From: Candidatus Woesearchaeota archaeon
Lineage (GTDB): Archaea > Nanobdellota > Nanobdellia > Woesearchaeales > SKIA01
DNA length: 50,148 nt
Assembly (NCBI GenBank): GCA_007116645.1
Contig: SKIA01000076.1
Coordinates: 1 to 50,148, forward strand
Reading direction: 5' to 3'
Numbering within the stretch: position 1 is the stretch's first letter; each line of letters starts with the position of its first letter. The notes under the pieces are model-generated. The model worked only from the letters and a program-made list of their open reading frames with translations. It searched no databases and was not told the DNA's origin. Positions 33,948 through 42,746 of this stretch are shown in pieces. The position numbers and the translations under genes were made by a program.

Positions 33948-35705
33948 GGACAACTCAATAAACGAAGAAGCACTCCACGCCTGACACCAACAACCAAACG
34001 CTTCTAAACGAGCAGCACTACTGATTTCTGATGCGTGACCAGCAGCTCCTAACGAGAGCAAATCTTTTTCTGAAGCAGCATAAACTGCTTTGGCAAACGA
34101 ATGATATTTTTCATTAAGTGATACCAGGGAAGCAGCAATAAGATTATTCACAAAAAACCATGAATCCCCGCGATGATACGAACGGTCATTTTCTCCGGTG
34201 TGTGTATCAACAAATAATTCGTGAGACAAACCAATAGTAGTAAGTCCACCCCAAGAAGTAGATAGTTCTTTGAGCAACGAATCCGCAACTGCCATCCATT
34301 CATCATCAGACAAAAGCCAAGGATAAATATAACGCGCAAGCAAAGCATTTGGGCGAATAGTCTTGTCAGGAACGCCCTTAATGCATCCATCAAATAAGTG
34401 CTCTCCGTCAAACAAATGTTCTTTGGTAGTGGCGAGTAAGGAGCGTTCACGAGAACGAAGATCCTCACAACAATCGTGACCAAATTCGTTGCACAACTCA
34501 TGAGCAAACCGCAACATCCGCAATGTTAACGCTTGAATCTCGATGCGAGACCCAACACGCGTGTCGCCAACGCCACCAGTAGTATCCATCCACGTCTCTT
34601 GCGGCAAACTCTCAATAAGGACTCCGAAACATCCCAGGGTCAGGCGCGAAAGAGACGTCTTTATTTGCTCAAGCACAAAACGCCACTGCTCCTCAGAGAG
34701 CGCATCACGGTGCTCGCTGTAGAGTTGGTGCAGACGCAAAAAAGCCCATCCCACACCATCAGCAGAACCTGTTTCAGAATGAGGAAAACGATTAGGAATA
34801 CGTCCATCAGGAAGAATAACAGAAATCTCGCGCAACAATATACGTCCCGCAAGATGATGCTTTCCTGACGCAATCAACGCCCCAGAAGCAATTGCCTCAT
34901 CACGAGTGTATATCTGAAAAAACCAAGGAAGGCCTGCAAGGATGCCAGCAGCACCATTAGGTGTTTGAGTGAGAAGAGCATCAACAGAAGCGCTTGCAAC
35001 TCCAAGCGCGATATCACCAGTCCACACAGCATCAGAGTCTTCCCAGTGCTGCTGATGCGCTAAGACTTGCTTTGCCTCAAACAATCGATCCTCAGGAGCG
35101 ATCACTACCCGAAACGAGTCGTGACCACGCAAAAATAACTCTGAAAACCACTCATCGCGACCACTGCGTGCAGCATCAAAAGAAATTGGTGTACCCACCC
35201 ACTCGCCTTCTACAAGTTCAAGCTTGCGAGAACACACAAACACAAAGGAAACACCGTCGCGTCCAGTAACGCGGACAGTCCAAGGATTACTTGACAGCAC
35301 CTCCCAAGAATGAGCACGAGAAAACGCTTCGAAATCATTAGTGTTGCGAACATCCAAAAATAAATCTACAACTCCAGAACCCTCAAAAGAATAACACGCA
35401 AGACGGTCATGAAAGAAAAAACGCTCACGCCCAAGATCAGACACACGAACAGTCTGAAGCGGGAGGACTTGCACTGCAGAAACACGGGCGTTCTGACACC
35501 GCACATCAAATAACACTTTATGCAATTGATATGATGATAAATCAAGAAACCCTAGCCCGTTATACGCAGAAGTATTATTGTGTGCCCCAACAAACCAATA
35601 CGAACCATGGTCAGCAACAAATACATGAGGATTATCGCTTTCTCGCTCAATACGTTCGTGCTCGCCAGGGTATACACACTTCACAGAATTCACACTACTC
35701 ACCAT
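33927..35705 (-). CDS. Glycogen debranching enzyme, archaeal type (amylo-alpha-1,6-glucosidase, GDE_C domain)
   Basis: GILAGLPWFFQIYTRDEAIASGAL and C-terminal GCWCQAWSASSFIEL match the conserved GDE_C boxes (AG.PWF..wGRD; QAWS). Confidence 0.8.
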   Translation of the reverse strand: MVSSVNSVKCVYPGEHERIERESDNPHVFVADHGSYWFVGAHNNTSAYNGLGFLDLSSYQLHKVLFDVRCQNARVSAVQVLPLQTVRVSDLGRERFFFHDRLACYSFEGSGVVDLFLDVRNTNDFEAFSRAHSWEVLSSNPWTVRVTGRDGVSFVFVCSRKLELVEGEWVGTPISFDAARSGRDEWFSELFLRGHDSFRVVIAPEDRLFEAKQVLAHQQHWEDSDAVWTGDIALGVASASVDALLTQTPNGAAGILAGLPWFFQIYTRDEAIASGALIASGKHHLAGRILLREISVILPDGRIPNRFPHSETGSADGVGWAFLRLHQLYSEHRDALSEEQWRFVLEQIKTSLSRLTLGCFGVLIESLPQETWMDTTGGVGDTRVGSRIEIQALTLRMLRFAHELCNEFGHDCCEDLRSRERSLLATTKEHLFDGEHLFDGCIKGVPDKTIRPNALLARYIYPWLLSDDEWMAVADSLLKELSTSWGGLTTIGLSHELFVDTHTGENDRSYHRGDSWFFVNNLIAASLVSLNEKYHSFAKAVYAASEKDLLSLGAAGHASEISSAARLEAFGCWCQAWSASSFIELSLALGRR

Positions 35706-35725
35706 ATGTATTTACGACAATGTCG

Positions 35726-35733
35726 TTTTTAAA
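35726..35733 (-). promoter_or_regulatory. TATA-like box (TTTAAAAA on minus strand), 20 nt upstream of ATG 35705
   Basis: Spacing close to the rule. Confidence 0.4.
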
Positions 35734-35781
35734 CATACCCTTTTGTAAAGCGCAACACACAAAAAAGGATAGTGACTTTAC

Positions 35782-36462
35782 ATGCTTATGCAAGAAGTTC
35801 ACGTCATAAAAAACACTGCGCTCACCTCCGATACGAATAGCATCCTATTAAAAAAACCAGCAGGATTTGACTACGAACCAGGACAATTTATTGTCGTACA
35901 AACAACGATAGAAGAAAAGCCAGTGCGTAGAAGCTACAGCCTTGCAAGCGCACCGCACCAAGAACACCTAGAAATCATTGTCAAAGCACAACCACAAGGT
36001 CTTGTGAGTCCTCACCTGTGCGCACTCGCTGCGGGCACGACAATGCACATCCTCGGGCCGTTCGGACAGTTCACCCTACAAGATGAACAAGCAGTCCTTG
36101 TTGGGGCAGGAACAGGAATCACTCCATTTATTGGCTACTTACGACACCTTGAAAGCGTGCAAACACCACACAACATCACTCTTCTTGCAGCATTTCGCTA
36201 CGAAAAAGACATTCTTTTGCATGAAGAACTCGCACGCCTTACGCAAACGCTCAACCTCACAGTTCACATTACACTCACGCGCCCAGAACCAACGTGGAAA
36301 GGTCTTAAAGGACGCGTTGACGAGCTCATGCTAGCATCCTTTCCTAGCGCTGCATACTATTTATGCGGACCCACACCAATGGTTGTCACAGTAAAACAAG
36401 CGCTCACACAACGAGGAATTAAGGACGTTCGAACAGAAAAATACGGCGCGATTACCGCATAA
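35782..36462 (+). CDS. Ferredoxin-NADP reductase-like FAD/NAD(P)-binding oxidoreductase
   Basis: RRSYSLAS (the R-x-Y-S FAD box), VGAGTGITPF (NAD(P) box) and YLCGPTPM. The 226-aa size fits the plain two-domain FNR fold. Confidence 0.8.
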   Translation: MLMQEVHVIKNTALTSDTNSILLKKPAGFDYEPGQFIVVQTTIEEKPVRRSYSLASAPHQEHLEIIVKAQPQGLVSPHLCALAAGTTMHILGPFGQFTLQDEQAVLVGAGTGITPFIGYLRHLESVQTPHNITLLAAFRYEKDILLHEELARLTQTLNLTVHITLTRPEPTWKGLKGRVDELMLASFPSAAYYLCGPTPMVVTVKQALTQRGIKDVRTEKYGAITA

Positions 36463-36634
36463 GACCATAACGAATCGTAATAGCGACAAACAATGCGCAC
36501 AATAACGCGAGCGCCACACCTAAAACAGTGTACATCGTGGTTGGAGCACTCGCAACAATAACTTCTTTCTCCCAGCCATCAACGGCAACGAATATGAGCG
36601 CAAGCCCGCCTAAGATACTAGTCTTTACTCTCAT
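36452..36634 (-). CDS. Possible small two-TM membrane protein (60 aa) at the operon end
   Basis: MRVKTSILGGLALIFVAVDGW...VLGVALALLCALFVAITIRY. It overlaps the glycogen synthase stop by 17 nt. Weak support. Confidence 0.35.
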   Translation of the reverse strand: MRVKTSILGGLALIFVAVDGWEKEVIVASAPTTMYTVLGVALALLCALFVAITIRYGLMR

Positions 36635-38384
36635 AAGCCCTCTGGTGCGCATCATAATAATGCTTGATAAACACTTGCCAATCAGTTTGCTCACTTAACT
36701 TCTGAGCAGCAGCTTTAAGCTCTCGGCGCTCAGAACGATTTTTTTGGCAAAACTCTTTGAGCATGACAAATAAATCTTCAACCACATCTTGTTCGGAGCG
36801 ATTATAGCGCTTGAGCACAAACACGCCCTTTTCTTGTTGCGTCTGAACAAATCGTCCAAAACCAGCAAGGTCAGTAGTGATAGCTGGAACACCCATAGCA
36901 GCAGCCTCCATAGGAGTATATCCCCACGGCTCATAATAACTTGGAAAGACACCCAGATGTGAACCAGCAACAGCTTCATCATAGGTGAGGTCGAGCAAGC
37001 CGTCTTTACCAGTAAGATATACAGGGTAGCGAACAACCTTTACCTTATCCTCTGCGCGATTGAGCAATCCGTGCGCACGAAAACCAGCAACAATCGGATC
37101 ATGTTCTTCACCAGGAATGTTGTGGGTTACTAACGGAGGATTTCCTGCGTGCGCAAGAGCTTTAGCCAGTTGCTTTACGTGCTGATAGGCCTCTTCAGAC
37201 AAAATATCCTTAGCGGACAACGAATCAATGCGTTGAGCTTGTCGCATGATGCGGCGAACAACATCATCAGCATTTTTGTCAAGATATGATTGCATTGCAG
37301 AAAACGCTTGGCGCTCCTCTAACACCTCGGTCTTAATGCCCTGAGTGTCTCCAGGAATAAAATAAAACACGATAACCGTCTTGCTATCAGGAACTTTTTT
37401 GAGTTCATAATTAAGTTTACCAAGAGCCTTGGTGAATACATCAAGACCTTTATTACGATATTCATAGCGTCCCGAAGCAAAAAACGTTACGCTATGCTCA
37501 AGATCAAACGAGTAATGAGAAAAAAAGTAGTAATTAAGAAAATCACGCATACGCTCGCGAGCACGAATATGCATGGGCGAGGAGTCATTAACGTCCGGAT
37601 ACTGGCTGCGGCAAATACCATTAAACAATAGCACATCAGGCTTTCGAAGCAGCACGTGCTCAGCCTCAATACCAGTTATTTCAGAAACAGTGGTGAATAC
37701 GTGAGCGTTTTTTGCGCACGCAAGTTCTGTGGTATATTTATCCTCTACATGAAGTTCTTTTGCGAGCCGAGGAAAATCAAGGTCTGGCAAGGAGTCATAC
37801 AAATTAATATCTGTAGAACCAGAAATCGTTCTTCCAAGCATGGTTGCGTGCGTTGTAAATACCGAGCGCACACGAGACTTTTTCATACGCAAATACAGTA
37901 ATGCAAGGCCTGCCATCCACTCATGAAAGTGTCCGACGATAGGCTCATCAGTAGAACTTTGCATAAGCTCCATGAATCGTCCAACAGCCCACGCCCAACG
38001 CAATGGTTCATCATACTCGTATGCTGCACGCAACGAATCAACTCCGAACTGCTCCCACAACTGACCCTTTACTGCGTTCACATCAATATGGCTGTGCTGT
38101 GCGTTGAGTAATACGACTTGTGGATTACCGGGAATATTCCAGACGCCATACACGCACTGAATACCTTCTTGGCGCAATTCCTCAAATACATGAACGTATC
38201 GTTCAGGAGGCGCTTGTTCTGTAAACTCGACATTGTGTCTTCCCGGAAACAAAGGTCCAACAAGAACATATTGCTTGTACGTATTCACTAAAAGTTCTGC
38301 TTTTGTACGGACAACAGTATAAATGCCTCCAACTTTATTGACTACTTCCCAAGAAGCCTCAATGACTGTTTGGGGCTTGGTCAT
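36618..38384 (-). CDS. Glycogen synthase, GT3 (animal/fungal-type) family
   Basis: SWEVVNKVGGIYTVVRTKA matches the eukaryotic E-V-A-N-K-V-GGIYTV-L-x-TKA box. Also present are HFHEWMAG, FTTHATMLGR, FTTVSEITGIEAEHLL-like, FASGRYEYRNKG and LGVFPSYYEPWGYTPMEAAAMGVP. Collinear with yeast and mammalian GYS by eye. Confidence 0.9.
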   Translation of the reverse strand: MTKPQTVIEASWEVVNKVGGIYTVVRTKAELLVNTYKQYVLVGPLFPGRHNVEFTEQAPPERYVHVFEELRQEGIQCVYGVWNIPGNPQVVLLNAQHSHIDVNAVKGQLWEQFGVDSLRAAYEYDEPLRWAWAVGRFMELMQSSTDEPIVGHFHEWMAGLALLYLRMKKSRVRSVFTTHATMLGRTISGSTDINLYDSLPDLDFPRLAKELHVEDKYTTELACAKNAHVFTTVSEITGIEAEHVLLRKPDVLLFNGICRSQYPDVNDSSPMHIRARERMRDFLNYYFFSHYSFDLEHSVTFFASGRYEYRNKGLDVFTKALGKLNYELKKVPDSKTVIVFYFIPGDTQGIKTEVLEERQAFSAMQSYLDKNADDVVRRIMRQAQRIDSLSAKDILSEEAYQHVKQLAKALAHAGNPPLVTHNIPGEEHDPIVAGFRAHGLLNRAEDKVKVVRYPVYLTGKDGLLDLTYDEAVAGSHLGVFPSYYEPWGYTPMEAAAMGVPAITTDLAGFGRFVQTQQEKGVFVLKRYNRSEQDVVEDLFVMLKEFCQKNRSERRELKAAAQKLSEQTDWQVFIKHYYDAHQRAYESKD

Positions 38385-38954
38385 CTACACAACCTGCAAT
38401 AGTAACCCGTACGCCAAAACACCAATCACGATCCCGATAATAAGGCCAAGCACGAAATCTCGCACGTGAGGATTGTTCTTTATAGTCACACCACTTCTTG
38501 TCGGAAGAGGTGTGCTCGGAGTCCACTCAGGAGCTTTTGTAGCCGGCGCAGTCGAGTGCGGCGCTACAAAACGGTGTTCTTGTTGCGGCTCAGGCTTTTG
38601 GGCAGGTGCTTGTTGTGAAGGTGTGGGCTTTGCGGTTGCAAGCGTTGGCTTGGGAGCAATAGCGCGCAACTTTTCTTTAAGCGGCGTGAGTTGAGACGTT
38701 ACCGGCGGCGGGTTAATCTTTTTGTCAATCACAGACGCTACTTCATATGGGGTACGACACTTCTGGACTTCTGCGGCGAGCGCTTGGTCGTTGTGTACGT
38801 GCGTAATCCACTGTGCAAAATCGTTCCGATCAGACGTGATGTGTCTTGCCGTTACGGAACTATCTTGTTTTTGCAAAATGGAAACAAGTTCTTTGAGTGT
38901 CTCGGCTTTTGAGCCATCACTGAAGTGGAACGCTGTGTCTGACACTGTTACCAC
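38385..38954 (-). CDS. Unknown protein: N-terminal NDFA-x-W domain, Pro-rich linker, C-terminal TM anchor
   Basis: FHFSDGSKAETLKELVSILQ...HITSDRNDFAQWITHVHNDQALAAEV is paralogous to the C-terminus of the upstream gene. It is followed by a P/A/T-rich linker and the TM DFVLGLIIGIVIGVLAYGLLL. There is no gap to the glycogen synthase start. Confidence 0.7.
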   Translation of the reverse strand: MVTVSDTAFHFSDGSKAETLKELVSILQKQDSSVTARHITSDRNDFAQWITHVHNDQALAAEVQKCRTPYEVASVIDKKINPPPVTSQLTPLKEKLRAIAPKPTLATAKPTPSQQAPAQKPEPQQEHRFVAPHSTAPATKAPEWTPSTPLPTRSGVTIKNNPHVRDFVLGLIIGIVIGVLAYGLLLQVV

Positions 38955-39496
38955 GCCCGGCGAACGATGTGTCTGTAAATCACCCGTTGATGACTCTCAG
39001 GGTGTCGTTGTGCTTCGCGTAGTTGCTCAGCGAGTGCTCGTTCTTGAAGAACCTCGTGAACCCAGTTTGCAAAGTCGTGACGGTGTTCGTTAACGTGATG
39101 TGCAAAGACGTGATCGGCCATTTCTTCAAGGGCTTCAGCAAGTTCTCGCAAGTCCTGAATGGTGCGACCATCAGCAACAAAGAACGTGTGTTCTTTAGGT
39201 GCTTTTCTAAAGTGGTCTCTTGCGCGAGCAATAATGTCCTTCATTGCACTTGCTGCTGCCTTTGCTGCTTTCTCTTGAGCAGCTGGAGCTGACTTTTTTG
39301 TAGAAGACTTTTTCGTGGTCTTCTTAGTCGTAGCTTTTTTTGCTGTTTTTTTCTTGGTAGCTCTCTTTGCAGTCTTTTTTACTGCTTTCTTCGTCGTTGA
39401 CTTCTTAGCTGCCTTTTTTGCTGCTTTTGGAGCAGCGGCTGCTGTAGTAGTAGAATCTGTCGTTGCGCTTTTAGCGCGTTTTTTTGTAGTTGCCAT
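38948..39496 (-). CDS. Unknown protein: histone-H1-like Lys/Ala/Thr-rich N-terminus plus C-terminal NDFA-x-W domain
   Basis: An ~85-aa KKAAKK/TKKT low-complexity region, then FFVADGRTIQDLRELAEALEE...HVNEHRHDFANWVHEVLQERALAEQL. GAGGTGA Shine-Dalgarno 3 nt upstream. Confidence 0.7.
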   Translation of the reverse strand: MATTKKRAKSATTDSTTTAAAAPKAAKKAAKKSTTKKAVKKTAKRATKKKTAKKATTKKTTKKSSTKKSAPAAQEKAAKAAASAMKDIIARARDHFRKAPKEHTFFVADGRTIQDLRELAEALEEMADHVFAHHVNEHRHDFANWVHEVLQERALAEQLREAQRHPESHQRVIYRHIVRRAW

Positions 39497-39525
39497 CTCT
39501 CACCTCTATTTTTTTTGGGCGCCCC

Positions 39526-40731
39526 TTACGCCACCGCGAGCAGTTGCTCGCGTTCCTTGACTCTTCGTTCAAGGTCGTGAATGACATTCATAAACGCGAT
39601 GAACCCTTCGTATGGGCTGTCGTACGCGTTGAAATACTTATGTACATCCCCGTCAGCAAACCATTTTGTACACATATAGTAAAAATGGTCACTAGTAGTT
39701 AATCCGCGCCAGTCGTTTATAAGACTTTCGTCACCAAGCGCTTTTACTCGTTTTTCTAGCTTGTAAAGTGAATTAATTGCTGAGTGCTGCATATTATTGC
39801 CCAGCCACGCTGATAAGTCTCTTTCCATATCAGCCCAGCTAATGAAGTTGTGAGCATCATATTCTCCGCGTACTTCATAGCGCTGAACTGCTTCAGAAAC
39901 AGTAACGAAATCGTTGTGTGGGTGGTCGAGCACTGCGCGAGGCATGTGTTCTAAGAACTGAAAGATGCCGGTGTCTTCCCATTGGTGCTCGCCAAAGGTT
40001 TCGTAATCCATAAACAAGTTGATGAGCTCGCCGTTTCCGTTTGCTTCATTAATCCATTGCGCGTACTTTTCTGCGCTGAGCGGGTGTTCTTCCCATCCTT
40101 TGTTTGAGAAACGAAATGCGATGTCGTCTGAGAGCTTGTAGTTTTTTAAGAGGACTTTGATGTTGCTGGTTGCTGCTGGTCGATACACAAAATTTGGGCT
40201 TCTCCACCCAAGCAAGTGATCTGCTCCTTCAGCAAGAATTCCATGATATCCCATCTCTTCAATGTGCGAGGCAAGTTCGTTGTTGAAGATGAGCTCAGTG
40301 TTTCGAAACACTTTTGGTTCGTGACCAAACAATTCTTTCATCTTGTCAGAGTGTCTTTTGACTTGCTCTTGAAACTCTTCTTTTGAGTAAAGATAGGATA
40401 AAGAGTGATAGTACGTCTCTGCTAAGAACTCAACATGGCCTGTGTCTGCAAGGTCTTTGAAGGTCTCAAGCACGTCAGGCGCAAACCGCTCGAGCTGATC
40501 AAGCAAGGTGCCAGTGATTGAAAAAGAGAACTTGAAGTCTCCTTCATGGCGATTGATGAGGTCAAGCAAGAGCTTGTTTGTTGGCACATAGCACTTACGA
40601 GAGACTTTGTGTAAGATCTCCTCATTGAGCTGGTGGTCGAAATAATCGCTGTGAACGCCAATCTCAAACATTCCATAACGTTTGAGCCGGTGCGGTTGGT
40701 GTACTTGAAAATACATGCATACTGATACCAT
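39526..40731 (-). CDS. GH57 family alpha-amylase / alpha-glucan-processing enzyme
   Basis: FQVHQPHRL N-terminal box, FLAETYYHSL, FRNTELIFN and MDYETFGEHQW (the catalytic Glu region of GH57). Confidence 0.85.
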   Translation of the reverse strand: MVSVCMYFQVHQPHRLKRYGMFEIGVHSDYFDHQLNEEILHKVSRKCYVPTNKLLLDLINRHEGDFKFSFSITGTLLDQLERFAPDVLETFKDLADTGHVEFLAETYYHSLSYLYSKEEFQEQVKRHSDKMKELFGHEPKVFRNTELIFNNELASHIEEMGYHGILAEGADHLLGWRSPNFVYRPAATSNIKVLLKNYKLSDDIAFRFSNKGWEEHPLSAEKYAQWINEANGNGELINLFMDYETFGEHQWEDTGIFQFLEHMPRAVLDHPHNDFVTVSEAVQRYEVRGEYDAHNFISWADMERDLSAWLGNNMQHSAINSLYKLEKRVKALGDESLINDWRGLTTSDHFYYMCTKWFADGDVHKYFNAYDSPYEGFIAFMNVIHDLERRVKEREQLLAVA

Positions 40732-40740
40732 AGTTTTCTC

Positions 40741-41979
40741 CTAGTGTGTTATTTGTGGAATCAACGAATCGTAAACTTCGCGGATTTTCTGGGCTGATTT
40801 CTCCCAAGTAAGTGTCTTTGCTTCCCAGTTGCCGTGCTGACTTAAGAGGTCGTGGAGTTCCTCGTACTTAAGGACTGCCAATATTTTCTCTGCAAGCTCA
40901 TCAGTGTCCCAAAAGTCCACTTTCAATACGTGCGTGAGTACTTCTGAAACGCCTGATTGCTTTGAGATAATAGTGGGCGTGCCCTTGCTCATAGCTTCTA
41001 ATGGCACAATACCAAAAGGTTCTGAGACTGACGGCATAACAAAAACGTCTGCCATGCCAAAGAGGCGATCCACATCAGCTCGTGTGTAATAGCCGGGAAA
41101 GAGGAATTTGTCTGCAAGACCAAGGTCTGCTGTGAGATCAATCATGCGATGAAGCATATCTCCTGAGCCTGCCATAACAAACTTGACGTTAGGGTCGTGA
41201 TCAGCAACTTTTCGAGCAGCGCGGATAAAGTATTCAGGACCTTTTTGAGCAGTGATGCGTCCAGCAAACAACACTACTTTGTCTTGTGCAGTAATTTTTG
41301 GGTCGGGAAGGTTTCTTTGCTCAAGACGCTCCATTGCGTTATGAACGACAACTACTTTGTTTGGGTCGACATCATAATTAGTGATAACATTGTTTCGCAC
41401 GTAATGCGATACGCACACCACCTTGTCTGCCTCTCGAAGGCCGAGTTGTTCAATATCGTACTCGACTCTGTTTGAGCCTGATAAGTAGCGGTCATAAATG
41501 GTGTTGTGTACATGCACGACCAATGGCTTTTTTGTGCGTTGCTTAATCCAGACTGCTGCCGGAATAGTCATCCAGTCGTGGCAATGAATAATATCAAATT
41601 CTTCGTACTCAGCAATGACTGCGGCTCGGTGCGCAAAGTTATGAACTTCTTGCATGAGGTCTTTTCCGTACAGTTGTTTTTTGGTGTCGCTTCTTGTGTC
41701 TTCGAGCATAGTTGATACGTATGATTGCTTATATTCTTGCGAGGTCATGTAGGCGTGCATCGTGGTTTTTACGGTGTGCACTTTAACAACGGGAGCAATG
41801 TTTTCTGCGATGAGAAGTTTGTGCAAGTTACCTTTCTCAATACTTCTTGGACCAAACGGCATAATGTATGTAACTTGGTTTCCTTGCTCTGCTAATGCCT
41901 TGGTAAGTTGATAGCAAACAATGCCAATTCCGCCCGCGAAATAGGGAGGAAATTCCCAACCTAACATCAATATGCGCAT
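40741..41979 (-). CDS. Glycosyltransferase, GT-B fold (GT4/GT5-like; glycogen/alpha-glucan synthase-like)
   Basis: MRILMLGWEFPPYFAGGIGIV (N-terminal G-rich loop), HCHDWMT and VMPSVSEPFGIVPLEAMSKGTP (E-x7-E region). GAGGTGG Shine-Dalgarno 5 nt upstream of ATG 41979, whereas the track start 42018 is TTG. Confidence 0.8.
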   Translation of the reverse strand: MRILMLGWEFPPYFAGGIGIVCYQLTKALAEQGNQVTYIMPFGPRSIEKGNLHKLLIAENIAPVVKVHTVKTTMHAYMTSQEYKQSYVSTMLEDTRSDTKKQLYGKDLMQEVHNFAHRAAVIAEYEEFDIIHCHDWMTIPAAVWIKQRTKKPLVVHVHNTIYDRYLSGSNRVEYDIEQLGLREADKVVCVSHYVRNNVITNYDVDPNKVVVVHNAMERLEQRNLPDPKITAQDKVVLFAGRITAQKGPEYFIRAARKVADHDPNVKFVMAGSGDMLHRMIDLTADLGLADKFLFPGYYTRADVDRLFGMADVFVMPSVSEPFGIVPLEAMSKGTPTIISKQSGVSEVLTHVLKVDFWDTDELAEKILAVLKYEELHDLLSQHGNWEAKTLTWEKSAQKIREVYDSLIPQITH

Positions 41980-42037
41980 AGCGCCCACCTCAATAGCATA
42001 CGTAACTGTTACAAGCAATCATTTAAGAAGGTATTGA

Positions 42038-42075
42038 ATTAGTAGTAAAAGATTAGTTAACTATAAATATTAGTT
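42038..42075. promoter_or_regulatory. Three direct ATTAGT(T/A) repeats in the divergent intergenic region
   Basis: ATTAGTA at 42038, ATTAGTT at 42052 and ATTAGTT at 42069 (spacing 14 and 17 nt). They lie between the glycogen operon and an ArsR-type regulator gene, in a very A/T-rich region. Confidence 0.35.
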
Positions 42076-42104
42076 AGATAAAATAATTAATTAAAGACTT
42101 AACA

Positions 42105-42746
42105 ATGGTTGTTGAACACCTCCTCACAGGCAGCAGATGGGAAATCCTGCAAGAACTGGCACGCAAACCACAGAGCACAAGCCACCTTGCAAAAGCACTG
42201 AAAACCACCTCGGCAAACGTCAGTCAACAGCTCAAACAGCTCGAAATAGCAGGAATTATCGCTCGCAAGAGAGCACAAGGAAAGCGCGTGCACTACACAT
42301 ACAGTATCGCAAAAGACGTACTCCACTACATACACGTAAGCCCACAAATAGCAACCAAAAAAAGCTTCACAACAGACCCGCTTCGCACCTTTATTGCAGC
42401 ACTCACCACCCTGCCCAATTCGATGCCGCTTCTCACCCTTATCCTAGCACGACCAGAACTTGTTAAGCGCTTTACTGCTATTGGTGTTTTAAAGCGACCC
42501 AAACCAGAACTTTTTGTTCTTGCAGAACACGTAGATGACATCAGACAACAACACGCAAACATCACAATACCGACCCTTGACGGAGACCAAACAATCGTGC
42601 TGTGGTCGCACACCGTGCAAGAAGTTCAAGAGGGTATCAAACGAAAAGACAACTATTTTTCTGAAGCACTAAGTCACATCACTTTAGCATACGATCCCGA
42701 CAACACCTTACAAGAACTCAAACAACTCGCAGGAGATAACAAATGA
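42105..42746 (+). CDS. ArsR-family wHTH transcriptional regulator with C-terminal extension
   Basis: SRWEILQELARKPQSTSHLAKALKTTSANVSQQLKQLEIAGIIARKR is a typical ArsR/SmtB HTH. Confidence 0.75.
   Translation: MVVEHLLTGSRWEILQELARKPQSTSHLAKALKTTSANVSQQLKQLEIAGIIARKRAQGKRVHYTYSIAKDVLHYIHVSPQIATKKSFTTDPLRTFIAALTTLPNSMPLLTLILARPELVKRFTAIGVLKRPKPELFVLAEHVDDIRQQHANITIPTLDGDQTIVLWSHTVQEVQEGIKRKDNYFSEALSHITLAYDPDNTLQELKQLAGDNK

Noticed and set aside
39290-39480. Short-period DNA repeats (gctttttt / cttcttagt units) as a possible CRISPR-like or satellite array
   Set aside because: They are the antisense image of the KKAAKK/TKKT low-complexity coding region of gene 38948-39496. There is no repeat-spacer regularity.
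42019-42104. A/T-rich spacer as a replication origin
   Set aside because: It is only 86 nt, has no adjacent cdc6/orc1 gene and has no ORB-like long inverted repeats. A divergent promoter/operator region explains it better.
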